A DNA stretch of 64,000 bases from positions 162,173 through 226,172 of the forward strand of contig JAXHNB010000009.1 in assembly GCA_034520945.1 (NCBI GenBank), in the 5' to 3' direction. This document shows positions 38,408 through 47,791 of this stretch, in pieces. The notes below the pieces were generated by a model that saw only the letters and a list, made by a program, of their open reading frames with translations, was not told the origin of the DNA and searched no databases. Every line of letters begins with the position of its first letter. Positions within the stretch are counted from its first letter, which is position 1. The position numbers were made by a program, and so were the translations under genes. Origin of the DNA: Trueperaceae bacterium. Its GTDB lineage: Bacteria > Deinococcota > Deinococci > Deinococcales > Trueperaceae.

Positions 38408-39724
38408 ATGAAACGAGGCATCGCGTACGGGACCGTCAGCATCGCCTTGGCCCTGGCCGGCGCGTGGGTCGCGGCCCAGCTGGACCTGAGGGTCTTCGAG
38501 GCGGGCGAGATCATCTCGTCCGAAGCCGTCAACCACAACTTCCAAGAGCTGGGGGCGGCCGTCGCGGAGCGACAGTTGCGGGTCGACGGTACCTGCGACC
38601 CCGGCTCCGCCATTCGGGCCATCGCCGCCGACGGCTCGGTCAGCTGCGAAACGGACGACACCGGCGGGGCAGGTGGGTCGGGCGGGGATCCCACCGTCAC
38701 GACCGACGCGACCCTCACGGGAGACGGCTCCGAAGGCGCGCCGCTCGGGCTGGAGGTGCCGCTGCAGATCGACGGTTTCTCGAACGCGAACCCGATCCTG
38801 CGGGCCGCCAACGAATCCACGGGATCCGCGGTGCTCGGCGAGCACGTGGACGGCACCCGGGGCTACCTCGGCTTCGAGGCGTACGCCGTCTACGGTCAGC
38901 ACAGCAGCGGCAACATGGGGCGCCTCGGCAGCGACGACTACGGCGTGTTCGGGATGAACGACGCCTTCGAGTCGCACGGCTACTTCGGCAGCGAGGACAC
39001 GGGCGCCTACGGGCAGAACCATTTCCAATCGGGCCGCGGCGTCTACGGCTACGCCGGCCACACCAGCGGCACGAACCACGGCGTAATCGGCGCGAGCGAA
39101 TCCACCTCCGGCACAGGCGTGCATGGGAGGGCGATCGCGTCCTCGGGCGAAACGTACGGCACGGCCGGCACCGCCGCCTCCCCCGACGGCTACGCCCTGT
39201 GGGGCGAGAACGAAGCGACCGGATCCTTCGGCTACGTCGGCGGCGATTGGGCCGTCTACGGAAGCCACGGAGACGGCGACGCCGCCGGCGTCCTAGGCAC
39301 GGAGAACGCAGGCGTGCTGGGCATGGGATTCCGGGGTGCCCTCGCCGGCAGGTTCGACGGCGACGTGGAGGTCGATGGAGACCTGAGCGTCAGCGGGACG
39401 ATCAACCCCCCGTCCAGTCGCACCATGAAGGAGGACGTGCGCCCGGTCGACGGCGTGGACGTGCTGCGCACGCTGGCCACGATCCCGGTCACGAGTTGGC
39501 GTTACACGGCAGACGATGCTCGGGCCCTGCACGTCGGACCGATGGCGGAGGACTTCCACGAGGCGTTCGGGCTCGGCGCCGACCGGGCACGAATCTCGAC
39601 CATCGACGCGGACGGCGTGGCCCTCGCGGCCATCCAGGGCCTGTACCGCGAGTTGCAGCAGCGCGACCGCCGCATCGCGCAGTTGGAGTCCCGGCTGGCC
39701 GCGCTGGAGGCGGAGGGGCGGTGA
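38408..39724 (+). CDS. Exported fibre-like protein with Gly-rich beta-repeats and C-terminal peptidase S74 intramolecular chaperone
   Basis: GAGGAG RBS; signal peptide; FEAGEIISSEAVNHNF; GVYG/AVYG repeats; SSRTMKE..WRY..HVGPMAEDF..FGLG..DADGVALAAIQGL plus coiled coil. Confidence 0.85.
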   Translation: MKRGIAYGTVSIALALAGAWVAAQLDLRVFEAGEIISSEAVNHNFQELGAAVAERQLRVDGTCDPGSAIRAIAADGSVSCETDDTGGAGGSGGDPTVTTDATLTGDGSEGAPLGLEVPLQIDGFSNANPILRAANESTGSAVLGEHVDGTRGYLGFEAYAVYGQHSSGNMGRLGSDDYGVFGMNDAFESHGYFGSEDTGAYGQNHFQSGRGVYGYAGHTSGTNHGVIGASESTSGTGVHGRAIASSGETYGTAGTAASPDGYALWGENEATGSFGYVGGDWAVYGSHGDGDAAGVLGTENAGVLGMGFRGALAGRFDGDVEVDGDLSVSGTINPPSSRTMKEDVRPVDGVDVLRTLATIPVTSWRYTADDARALHVGPMAEDFHEAFGLGADRARISTIDADGVALAAIQGLYRELQQRDRRIAQLESRLAALEAEGR

Positions 39725-39754
39725 GGGCGGGGCAGAACGCGACACCTCCGCTCG

Positions 39755-40273
39755 CTACCGTCCTACGACCCGCAGCGGGTACGACAAGGTGAAGGCGTAC
39801 CCACCGAGATTGCGGAGCGTCAGCTCGGCCGTGAGGTCCTGTCCTGCCTCGGCGTCCGCCTCCTCGAGCGGCGTCACCGCCACCACCACGCGGCAGAACA
39901 CCCGGAAGGCCATCCCCCCTGCACCGACCTCGGTGACGTCCCAGATCTGATCGACACCCTCGAGCGCGATCTCGACACCGGACGCCCCCGTGACGTCCAC
40001 GAGCTCGAACCACGCGGTGACGTCCTCCGCGGCAGGCGCGCGGGTCTCCTCCGCCCGGTCGGAGAGGGCCGCGTTCACCGGCACGACCGTCGAACTCGGC
40101 ATGCGCTGCAGGCAGATCCACTGGCTCACATCGTGCGATACCCGCGTCGTCGCATCGGCAGGGACCTCGGCGCGAGGGGTCCGTTCGAGGCGTACCGGCG
40201 CGTCCTGGGCGAGCGCAACTCCGGCGAGTACCAGGAGTGCGATCGCGAAGACATTGACGAGTCGAGCACGCAT
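39755..40273 (-). CDS. Exported hypothetical protein
   Basis: AAAGGAG upstream; signal peptide ending VALA-Q; two Cys. Confidence 0.65.
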   Translation of the reverse strand: MRARLVNVFAIALLVLAGVALAQDAPVRLERTPRAEVPADATTRVSHDVSQWICLQRMPSSTVVPVNAALSDRAEETRAPAAEDVTAWFELVDVTGASGVEIALEGVDQIWDVTEVGAGGMAFRVFCRVVVAVTPLEEADAEAGQDLTAELTLRNLGGYAFTLSYPLRVVGR

Positions 40274-40438
40274 GCAGTTCACTGGGACTCCTTTCGAGAG
40301 CTCATGGAGCGCGGCGCATAAGGCCGACGTACGGTGGGCCGCTACGAGAAGGGTAGCGCGGCGGCTACGCGCCACGTCCTGGCGACACCTTCGTGCGATC
40401 CGACGACGACACGACCCGCGTGCTATGTTCCGAACACC

Positions 40439-43408
40439 ATGCTGCTCCGGACGCTGGGCGGCCTCGCGCTCGAAGGAGGGGAGGTCGCGCGGCGCAAGCC
40501 GTTGCTCCTGTGCGCGTACCTGGCGGTCGAAGGGTCGAAAGACCGTCGGCACGTCGCGGAGTTGTTCTGGGGCGCAACGAACGACCCCGCATCGAACCTG
40601 CGTGTGGCCCTGTCGCAACTGCGGCGCGCCTCCCCCGACCTGGTCCATGACGACGGACCCCGCGTCGGCACGCGGGTTCGCACCGACGCGCAGGCGTTGC
40701 TCGACGACCTGGAGCGGGGCATCGCCGACCGCGTCGACGACTACCGCGGCCCGTTCCTTCAGGGCCTCGAGAACGACGGTTTGCCTGCCGAGCTCGAGGA
40801 GTGGGTCCTGGGCACCCGCGCGTTCTTCGGCGCGCGCGTCCGCGCCCGCCTCGTCACGATGGCCGCCCGGCGGCTGGAGCGGCACGAACGGGGCGATGCC
40901 CTCAGGCTTGCTGAGCGGGCGCTTTCCCTCGGTCCATTGGAGGAGTTCGATCCCGAGCAGCTTCCGGCGCTACACGAGGTTCTCTCGCGCTTGGGAAGCT
41001 CCGAGGTCGACCGCGTGGCTGCGCTGGCGCGCGAGTACGGAGTCCCGCTGGACGCCGAACAAGGCGCCACCACGGGAAGCGTCGAAGGGAACGCCGTACG
41101 GTCGCCGCCCTCTCGCCTACCCCGTAGCACGTCCAGATTCGTGGGTCGCCGAAACGAGATCGAGACGTTGGTGGGGCATTTGGTGCAACCCCACGTGCGG
41201 CTGATCACGCTGCTCGGGGGCGCCGGAACGGGCAAGACGCGCCTGGCCTCCGAGGTGGCCAGGCGCCTGTTCGACGCGGGCCACTACCCCGATGGCGCGT
41301 TCACCGTCGACTTGGCGGACCTCGTCGACGCGCGTTCGGTGCCCGACCGCATCGCGCAGACCCTCGACGTGGTCGTCCTCGCGAACGGCCGCGAAGCAGC
41401 GCAGTTGGCAAAGGCGATCGGCGAGCGGTGCATGCTGTTGGTGCTGGACAACTTCGAGCAGGTGCGCGAGGCGGCGGACCTGGTCGCATACCTCGTCCGG
41501 CACTGCCCGGCGCTGGACGTCCTCGTCACGAGCCGCGAGCGCCTTGCCCTCTCGGAGGCGTGGGTGGTGCGCGTCGGTGGCCTCACCACGCCGATGCCCG
41601 ACGTGGCCGAGGCATCACAGATCTACGCGACCGACGCGGGCCGGCTGTTCCGGATTCGCGCCGCGCGCGTGCGGGGCGGGGCACTCGGCGACACCGACGC
41701 TGGGGCGGTGGCGCGCATCTGCCGCGCGGTGGCGGGCAACCCGTTGGCGATCGAGCTGGCCGCACCGTGGCTTCGCGTCCTGTCTCCAGACGCCCTTGCC
41801 GACGAGGTGGAACGCGGATCGGGCCTGCTCGACGAGGGCGACCGTGACCTCCCTCACCGACACCGGGGGCTTCGCGCCGCGTTCGAGCACTCTTGGTCGC
41901 TGCTCGATGGTCGCGACCAGGGGGCGTTGCGCCGTCTCTCGGTGTTTCGCGGCGGGTTCGAGCGCACCCTGGCCGCCCGCGTCGCCAACGTCACCCTTCC
42001 CAGCCTGACCCGTTTGGTCGATGCGTCGCTGATCGCGGTGGCCGACGACGGTCGCTACGACCGGCACCCGCTCCTCTACGCGTTCACGGAGGACAAGCTG
42101 GCGGATCATCCCGGCGAGCGGAACGAAACGCGCGCACGTCACGGCCGCGAGGTGCTCGACCTCCTCGACGTCTTGCACCCGAAAATCATGGGCGGAGAGT
42201 CTGCGGGGGACGCGTTGCGGCGCATGCGGCAGGAGGAGGCCAACATCGAAGCGGCCTGGGGGTGGGCCCTGGAGGCCGGCGAGTGGGCCCGCATCGAAGC
42301 GGCCCTCCCCTGCCTGGCGGCGTATACGGAGTTTCAGTCGCGCTACCACTTCGGGCACGCCCTCGCCGACCGCGTGGTGCGGTCCATTCCGGCGGACCAT
42401 GAACCCCTCGGCGTCGTGCGTGCGCTCGCCCTTGGGGTGCGGGGCTTCTCGGTCTTCCGCGCCGGCGACCCCGGGCGGGTAGAGCGGGACGGGTACGCCG
42501 CGCTCGAGAGCGCCGAGCGGGCCACGCGCCCCCACGACGAGCGCGCCGTGCCGACCGCTCGCTGGTGGGCGCACCATGCCATCGCGTTGGCCGGCAAGGT
42601 ACGCGGCGACGCCGCGAGCATCCTGCATCACTCCCGCGAGGCCCTAACGGTGGCCGAGGCCGCGCTGGGCGCGACCCGGGACCCAGGCGCCCTCGCCGTC
42701 TTCAGCGTGATGGCCGGCATCAACCATCACGTCCTCTGCCTCGGTGCGGCCGTCATGGGCGACCACGACACGGCAGCGCGCCACGATCGCGCGTCGCGCG
42801 CCCACCTCCAGCGCTTCGACTCGCACGCTGACGCGTACGGGGCGCAGACGACGGGGTTGCTACGGCTCTTGGCCGGCGACCCGGGCGGCGCCACAGATGC
42901 GGTCTGCGAGGGGCTCGACCGGAGCCGACGGGTCGGCTACGGCACCGCGACCGCGAACCTACTCGAGGTGCTCGCGCGCGCCGAGTTCGCACGGGGCGAC
43001 CTCGCGGCCGCCGAAGCGGCGTGTGACGAGGCACTTCGGATCACGACCGACACTGGCGACGTGTGGCTGGGAACCTCGATGCGTGCCCTGAAGGGCACGC
43101 TGGCGGCCGCGCACGACGATGCGACCGCCGCGCACGCGTGGTACGCCCGCGCCTACGACATGGCCGAAGCGCACGACCTCTTGGGGTTCGGCATGGAGGC
43201 CGTGGTGGGGCGTGCGGCCCTCGCTGAGCGCGAGGGGCACGCGGCGCAAGCGGCCGCGCTGTTGCGCCTCGCCCGCGACCATCCGTTCGCGCCCGTGTGG
43301 GTCCGGGAGGAGGCGCGCCGGCGCGCCGAAGCCCTCGGCGCCGACGCGGAACCGGCACCGGAGCTGACCCTCCCGGAGGTGCGGAAAGCGATGCTTCCCG
43401 CACCCTGA
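40439..43408 (+). CDS. AfsR/SARP-like STAND NTPase regulator (wHTH/BTAD-like, NB-ARC, helical/TPR-like repeats)
   Basis: LRTLGGL..LAVEG..AELFW..NLRVALSQLRR; FVGR, GGAGTGKT, LLVLDNFE, TSRE, GNPLAIELAA. Confidence 0.88.
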   Translation: MLLRTLGGLALEGGEVARRKPLLLCAYLAVEGSKDRRHVAELFWGATNDPASNLRVALSQLRRASPDLVHDDGPRVGTRVRTDAQALLDDLERGIADRVDDYRGPFLQGLENDGLPAELEEWVLGTRAFFGARVRARLVTMAARRLERHERGDALRLAERALSLGPLEEFDPEQLPALHEVLSRLGSSEVDRVAALAREYGVPLDAEQGATTGSVEGNAVRSPPSRLPRSTSRFVGRRNEIETLVGHLVQPHVRLITLLGGAGTGKTRLASEVARRLFDAGHYPDGAFTVDLADLVDARSVPDRIAQTLDVVVLANGREAAQLAKAIGERCMLLVLDNFEQVREAADLVAYLVRHCPALDVLVTSRERLALSEAWVVRVGGLTTPMPDVAEASQIYATDAGRLFRIRAARVRGGALGDTDAGAVARICRAVAGNPLAIELAAPWLRVLSPDALADEVERGSGLLDEGDRDLPHRHRGLRAAFEHSWSLLDGRDQGALRRLSVFRGGFERTLAARVANVTLPSLTRLVDASLIAVADDGRYDRHPLLYAFTEDKLADHPGERNETRARHGREVLDLLDVLHPKIMGGESAGDALRRMRQEEANIEAAWGWALEAGEWARIEAALPCLAAYTEFQSRYHFGHALADRVVRSIPADHEPLGVVRALALGVRGFSVFRAGDPGRVERDGYAALESAERATRPHDERAVPTARWWAHHAIALAGKVRGDAASILHHSREALTVAEAALGATRDPGALAVFSVMAGINHHVLCLGAAVMGDHDTAARHDRASRAHLQRFDSHADAYGAQTTGLLRLLAGDPGGATDAVCEGLDRSRRVGYGTATANLLEVLARAEFARGDLAAAEAACDEALRITTDTGDVWLGTSMRALKGTLAAAHDDATAAHAWYARAYDMAEAHDLLGFGMEAVVGRAALAEREGHAAQAAALLRLARDHPFAPVWVREEARRRAEALGADAEPAPELTLPEVRKAMLPAP

Positions 43409-43447
43409 GGCACGCCATGCTCCGCGGGCGTTCACGTCACCGAAACC

Positions 43448-43918
43448 TCACCCCTCGGGCGCTGCGGGCGGCAGGTCGCTGTTCCAGATGTGCCGCGTGA
43501 TCTTCCATGTGCCGTCTACGGCCCGGTACATGATCAGGAACTTTCCGACGCCGACGACCTCGCCGTCTCCGTCGAACAGGCGATACGGACCGACGCCCCA
43601 GGCGGTGCCGCCCTCGATCCCGTAGGATTCCAGGGCGTGCACGTCGATGCGGACGGCGCCCGCCTCCTGGTACGCGGCCAGGATCGGGGTCACGTTGTCT
43701 CGACCTTGGACGAGCTCGGCGTTCGGCGGCATGACCACGGCATCTTCCGCGTACAGCATGGACACGCCCTCGAGGTCGTTGGCGTTGTAGCGCGCCCCCC
43801 ACTCCACCGGCATGGCGACGAGGGCCTCCTCCGAGGGCATCTGGGCGAACGCGACGGAGGCAACGGCGAGGAACGCCGCCGCCAGGGCAATATGAGGGCT
43901 TCGGGCAAGATGCTGCAT
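43448..43918 (-). CDS. Exported YybH/DUF4440 (NTF2-like) protein
   Basis: AGGAGG RBS; signal peptide; LYAEDAVVMPPN..GR, GKFL..DGTWKI..IWNSD. Confidence 0.85.
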   Translation of the reverse strand: MQHLARSPHIALAAAFLAVASVAFAQMPSEEALVAMPVEWGARYNANDLEGVSMLYAEDAVVMPPNAELVQGRDNVTPILAAYQEAGAVRIDVHALESYGIEGGTAWGVGPYRLFDGDGEVVGVGKFLIMYRAVDGTWKITRHIWNSDLPPAAPEG

Positions 43919-44078
43919 GTCGTCCTCCTGGCCAAAGGCGAACGCGACACGCGAACGGCCACCCCCGTGGCGGCACGTCGGCCCCGCGTACGACGGGATC
44001 AGCCACAGCCCGCCGGTAGGGCAAGTGAAGCAGGACGGCGTTGACGAAGCGTTGACGGGGGGGCGGCGCACGGTCCAC

Positions 44079-44947
44079 TCAGTTGGACGCCGGATCGAAA
44101 CCAGGCATGACGCGCTTCATGAACGCGTCGAACAACGGCACTGTGAAGGCCATTTCGCCGTGCGAGGGACTGTAGATCATCCCCTTGTCGATCAAGTTCT
44201 TGCGAATCGTGCTGATGGCCGTCGTCTTCCGCCCGAGCGCCTCCGCGACCTCGCCGGTGCGGTGGGGACCACGGCCGAGGTGCGCCATGGCGCGAAGGCA
44301 TACCTTCTCTTTGGGCGTGAGGCGGTCCAATCGAACGCGAAAGAAGTTCTGGTCGAGTCGGTGAACGACGTGTTCGGAGGCAAGGTCGACGTCGTCGCGC
44401 GAAATGGGGCTTTCCTCTGCCGTGTTCCACGATTGGTATCCGCACTCCTGCAGGAAGTACGGATGGCCTTCCGTCTTGGCGTGGATGGAACGCAGCGCAT
44501 CGGAGGCAATGTCGACGCCCAGCCTTCGCGCCGGTTCCAGGAGCGCGACGTCGGCGTCATCCTCCGAAAGCGGTCCAACGTCGGGGAATGCGAACAGGCG
44601 CTCGGCGTACGATCTCGCCGCGCCTTGTTGCCGGCTCCGGCGACTCGGTCGAGGTCGAAGAGGAGTTTGCGAAGGCTGGGCGCGAGGAGCTGTCCGATGT
44701 GGCGTCCCTCCTGCGCTTCTACAGAGATGGTCCGCGCCCCGGCCTCGGTCGCCTGCCGCTCGATTTCGTTCAATAGGACCGTCTTGCCAACGCCGCGGAG
44801 GCCGGTGAGCAGCATGCTCTTGTCCGGACGGCCGCGGGCGACCCGTGCGATCAGGATCTCGGCCTGACGAAGGATCGGATCCCGACCGACGAGCTCGGGG
44901 GGCGGGGTCCCCGCTCCCGGCGAAAAAGGATTGTCGATTGGATCCAT
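44079..44947 (-). pseudogene. AAA-family ATP-binding protein, internally deleted and frameshifted
   Basis: NPFSPGAGTPPPELVGRD, GLRGVGKT, then a jump at ~44615 to another frame (RSYAERLF..GHPYFLQ..LIDKGMIYSP..FTVPLF); Walker B segment missing. Confidence 0.8.
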
Positions 44948-44963
44948 CGACGCCTCCTTCGTT

Positions 44964-45013
44964 TATCGGGGTTTATACCCCTTTATAGCGCCTTCTTGCT
45001 ATAAACCGCGATA
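44964..45013. promoter_or_regulatory. Inverted repeats (operator-like) upstream of the AAA gene
   Basis: TATCGGGGTTTATA / TATAAACCGCGATA (13/14 match) plus TTTATAGC / GCTATAAA. Confidence 0.5.
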
Positions 45014-45250
45014 GGTGGCGAAGGGGGCGCTTCGGTGGCCGGAGCGGCGACGGCGTGGCCGACCGCCGGGCGGCGGTTGAGCGCTTCGACGAACCAGTCT
45101 GCAATGCGGCCCGTCGATTCGACCCCACCCGTCTCGAACCTCTCGAGGATTTAGGGATTCCTCGCGCGAACCACCGAACGCCCGCAAAACCGGGACGCGT
45201 GGCGCGTGGCATGATGCTCTTCGAGCGTCGGATCAGGAGGTGGTGCCGCG

Positions 45251-45451
45251 ATGAGCGAGACCGGCACACGCAGCAGCACGGGAGGGGGCATCGCAGAACT
45301 CGACGACGCATCCCTGTTGGCGGCACTGATCGACGGCTGGGAGAACGAGGTCGTTGAGTTCAAGCGGGCGGGCAGCGACGTCAAGACGTCGGACAGCGCC
45401 GAGCATGTGCAATCCACAACACCGGCTCGAGGAAGTCACCCACGTGGGTAA
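45251..45451 (+). pseudogene. Truncated 5' copy of the AlbA-domain gene at 56023
   Basis: MSETGT..SLLAALIDGWENEVVEFKRAGSDVKTSD versus MSETGT..SLLARLLDAWENEVVEFKRADRDIRTSD; similarity ends at ~45394. Confidence 0.8.
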
Positions 45452-45934
45452 CGCATGAGTCGGATGCAGAAAAAAGCAGGCGGCTCGAAGATGGACCTGC
45501 ATATGCTCGATCGCGGATCTCGCGTCCACGACAAGATCCTGTTTGTCTAGCCAGCGGTCTGATCTCGAGCATTGCAGAAAAGATGATCCTACCCTCGGTC
45601 GGCGCCGCTTGCCCAGGCAGCAATGGGCACGACCTTCATGGCCGCATCATCATGCGAATGGTTGCTGACCTTCACGGCGACGCGGGCGCCCTCAGGCTCG
45701 GGCGACGGCCTCAATACCGCTCCTCACCCCGCAGCCGAGTGACGAGGCGTCCCGTCTCTTCGCTACACTAGATGTGCGGGTATCGGCGAGGTGCTGTTGC
45801 ATCGTAGGCACGTTGCCAGCGACTGGACGGTGAGCGGTCCCGTCGTGGGCTACGTTGGGCGACGACGACACCTGCTCAGCGGCGACGTAAAGGCGTGACC
45901 GTACGCCGCACGCTAGGACCCGGGAGGCACGAGC

Positions 45935-46387
45935 GTGACCAACGCGGAATTCGAAGTTCTCCTCAGTGACACCTCGAAGGTCGTCGAGGGTGACATTGCG
46001 TGGAGCCAAAGCGAAGACCGTGCGACGTGGCTAGGCTTCCGAGTGGAGGTCACCAACGATGTCGGCTGGCCGTTGTTCATCGTAGGAAGCTTCAACCCGC
46101 TGGTACCGGCCTTGTCCTTCGTGCTCATTTTACAGACCACCGGCCGCGTGTACGCGCTGGACATGGGCAAGGATCATCACAACCCCCAGTGCGATCAGGT
46201 GGGTGAGGTTCACAAGCACCGATGGAACGAATCCCTCCGAGACAAGGAGGCGTACGCTCCCACGGACATCACCAAACCAGCAAGCGACGTTGTCGGCGTA
46301 TGGGAACAGTTCTGTAAGGAGGCCCGGCTGCATCATGACGGACGCATGGCGCCGCCTCCGCCCATGCCGACGGAGCTGTTCACATGA
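45935..46387 (+). CDS. Hypothetical His-motif protein (DUF6978-like)
   Basis: GGAGG RBS; RVYALD..HHNP..GEVHKHRW..AYAP..WEQFC; family call from memory. Confidence 0.7.
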   Translation: MTNAEFEVLLSDTSKVVEGDIAWSQSEDRATWLGFRVEVTNDVGWPLFIVGSFNPLVPALSFVLILQTTGRVYALDMGKDHHNPQCDQVGEVHKHRWNESLRDKEAYAPTDITKPASDVVGVWEQFCKEARLHHDGRMAPPPPMPTELFT

Positions 46388-47160
46388 TCACCGAGGCCGC
46401 CTGCAAGGCATTGGGGGACGGGCTGCCGCCCCTATTTCGCTGCGAAACCCATGGCAAGTACGTTCGGGTGCGGACGCCATACCTGTACCCGGACGGCGAC
46501 AACATCGACCTGTTCCTGCATGAGGAGGGCTCCATCACCGTGGTGACGGACCTTGGGGAGACCAGCCGATGGCTCCGCATGCAGACCACGTCGCCGCGGC
46601 GCTCACCCAAGCAAGACGCGTTGCTTCGGGATGCCTGCGTCACGCACGGGGTCGAGTGGTACCGCGGAATGGTGCTCGCTCGAAGCAGGAGCGCCGAAGA
46701 CCTGCCTTCCGTGGTGTTGCGCGTGGCGCAGGCCGCCCTGCGGATCGCGGACCTATGGTTCACGTTCCGAACGCGGTCGATCGTGTCGGTGACGGACGAG
46801 GTGTCCGACTTCCTCGAGGAGAAGGACTTTCACGTAGACCGGGCCGAGAAGATCATCGGCCGTTCCGGATCGGTCTGGAAGCCGGACTTCCACGTGCGCG
46901 CGCCCAGCCGCAGCTCCTTGGTCTACGTCCTCAGCACGGGAAGCCGCTCAGCAGCGCGCCAAGTCGTGACCCACGTCTACACCGCCTTCTCGGACCTGAG
47001 CCATCTGCACATCGGGCCCGAGGCGCTCCAGTTCGTGTCCCTGTTCGACGACGATAGCGACGTGTGGGACGACGAAGCGTTCCGCCTTGCCGAGCAAGTG
47101 TCCACCGTCACGCGCTGGTCGGAGCCCGATCGATTCGAAGAGGTCCTTCGGGCAGCGTAG
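46384..47160 (+). CDS. DUF1828/DUF1829-like protein with possible C-terminal restriction-endonuclease fold
   Basis: ATGA overlap with upstream gene; VRTPYLYPDGDNIDLF..VTDLGET; IIGRSGSVWKPDFHV..FSDL. Confidence 0.75.
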   Translation: MITEAACKALGDGLPPLFRCETHGKYVRVRTPYLYPDGDNIDLFLHEEGSITVVTDLGETSRWLRMQTTSPRRSPKQDALLRDACVTHGVEWYRGMVLARSRSAEDLPSVVLRVAQAALRIADLWFTFRTRSIVSVTDEVSDFLEEKDFHVDRAEKIIGRSGSVWKPDFHVRAPSRSSLVYVLSTGSRSAARQVVTHVYTAFSDLSHLHIGPEALQFVSLFDDDSDVWDDEAFRLAEQVSTVTRWSEPDRFEEVLRAA

Positions 47161-47305
47161 CTATGCCCGGCGCACATGTTCGGCAACGTGGACTCGCCGC
47201 ATCGGCAATACGATCCGTGAGTCGTCCGCGACTGCGCGCCAAGCCGGTTCGACCTCGCTGCCTCGAACGGCAGCGTGCGACCTGGACGGCTCGACAGAAC
47301 CGGCC

Positions 47306-47779
47306 TTACGCCTCAAGAACTTGGATGTTGAGCAACCGGTATTCCGTCGACTCGTCCAGAGTCAACGAGTTTACTCGCGTAATCATGCGCAGTGCCGCAA
47401 CACACCGGGCGCCAACTTCGATCCTGTCGACATCCATTGAGTCCGCAAGCTTTCCTGCGAACCAGTTGTCATCATCGTCCATGATGCCGAAGGTTCGTCT
47501 GCCGCGATGCCAGGCGTCAAGGCGCCCCTCGATCTCGATCACCTCCGCATGCTCTTCAGCTGCAAGAGAGACCGCCTCCTTGTACGCATCCAGATACACC
47601 CGGTCGATTCGTGCATACCCCAGTTTCTGCCCATGCCTCGACCACCAGACCTCGAGCCCCACGCCTGCGCTGTGGAGGTTGGCGACGAAGCCTTCGTACT
47701 GGCCCACGAAGCGCCCGCCTAGCAGCGTCAGTTGATCGCCAAGAGCATTTCTGTCAGACCCGGAGTCAATCACGCGCAT
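47306..47779 (-). CDS. Hypothetical protein (5' region interrupted by IS1380)
   Basis: 157-aa ORF with protein-like composition in lower-GC DNA; IS inserted 12 nt upstream of the ATG. Confidence 0.55.
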   Translation of the reverse strand: MRVIDSGSDRNALGDQLTLLGGRFVGQYEGFVANLHSAGVGLEVWWSRHGQKLGYARIDRVYLDAYKEAVSLAAEEHAEVIEIEGRLDAWHRGRRTFGIMDDDDNWFAGKLADSMDVDRIEVGARCVAALRMITRVNSLTLDESTEYRLLNIQVLEA

Positions 47780-47791
47780 GACGGCTTCTAG

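Noticed and set aside
38408..39724. Prophage suggested by the tail-fibre/S74 domain
   Set aside because: The protein has a Sec signal peptide and there are no capsid, terminase, tail or integrase genes nearby
45452..45934. Small ORFs between the AlbA stub and the DUF6978-like gene
   Set aside because: No RBS, motif or coding bias recognised
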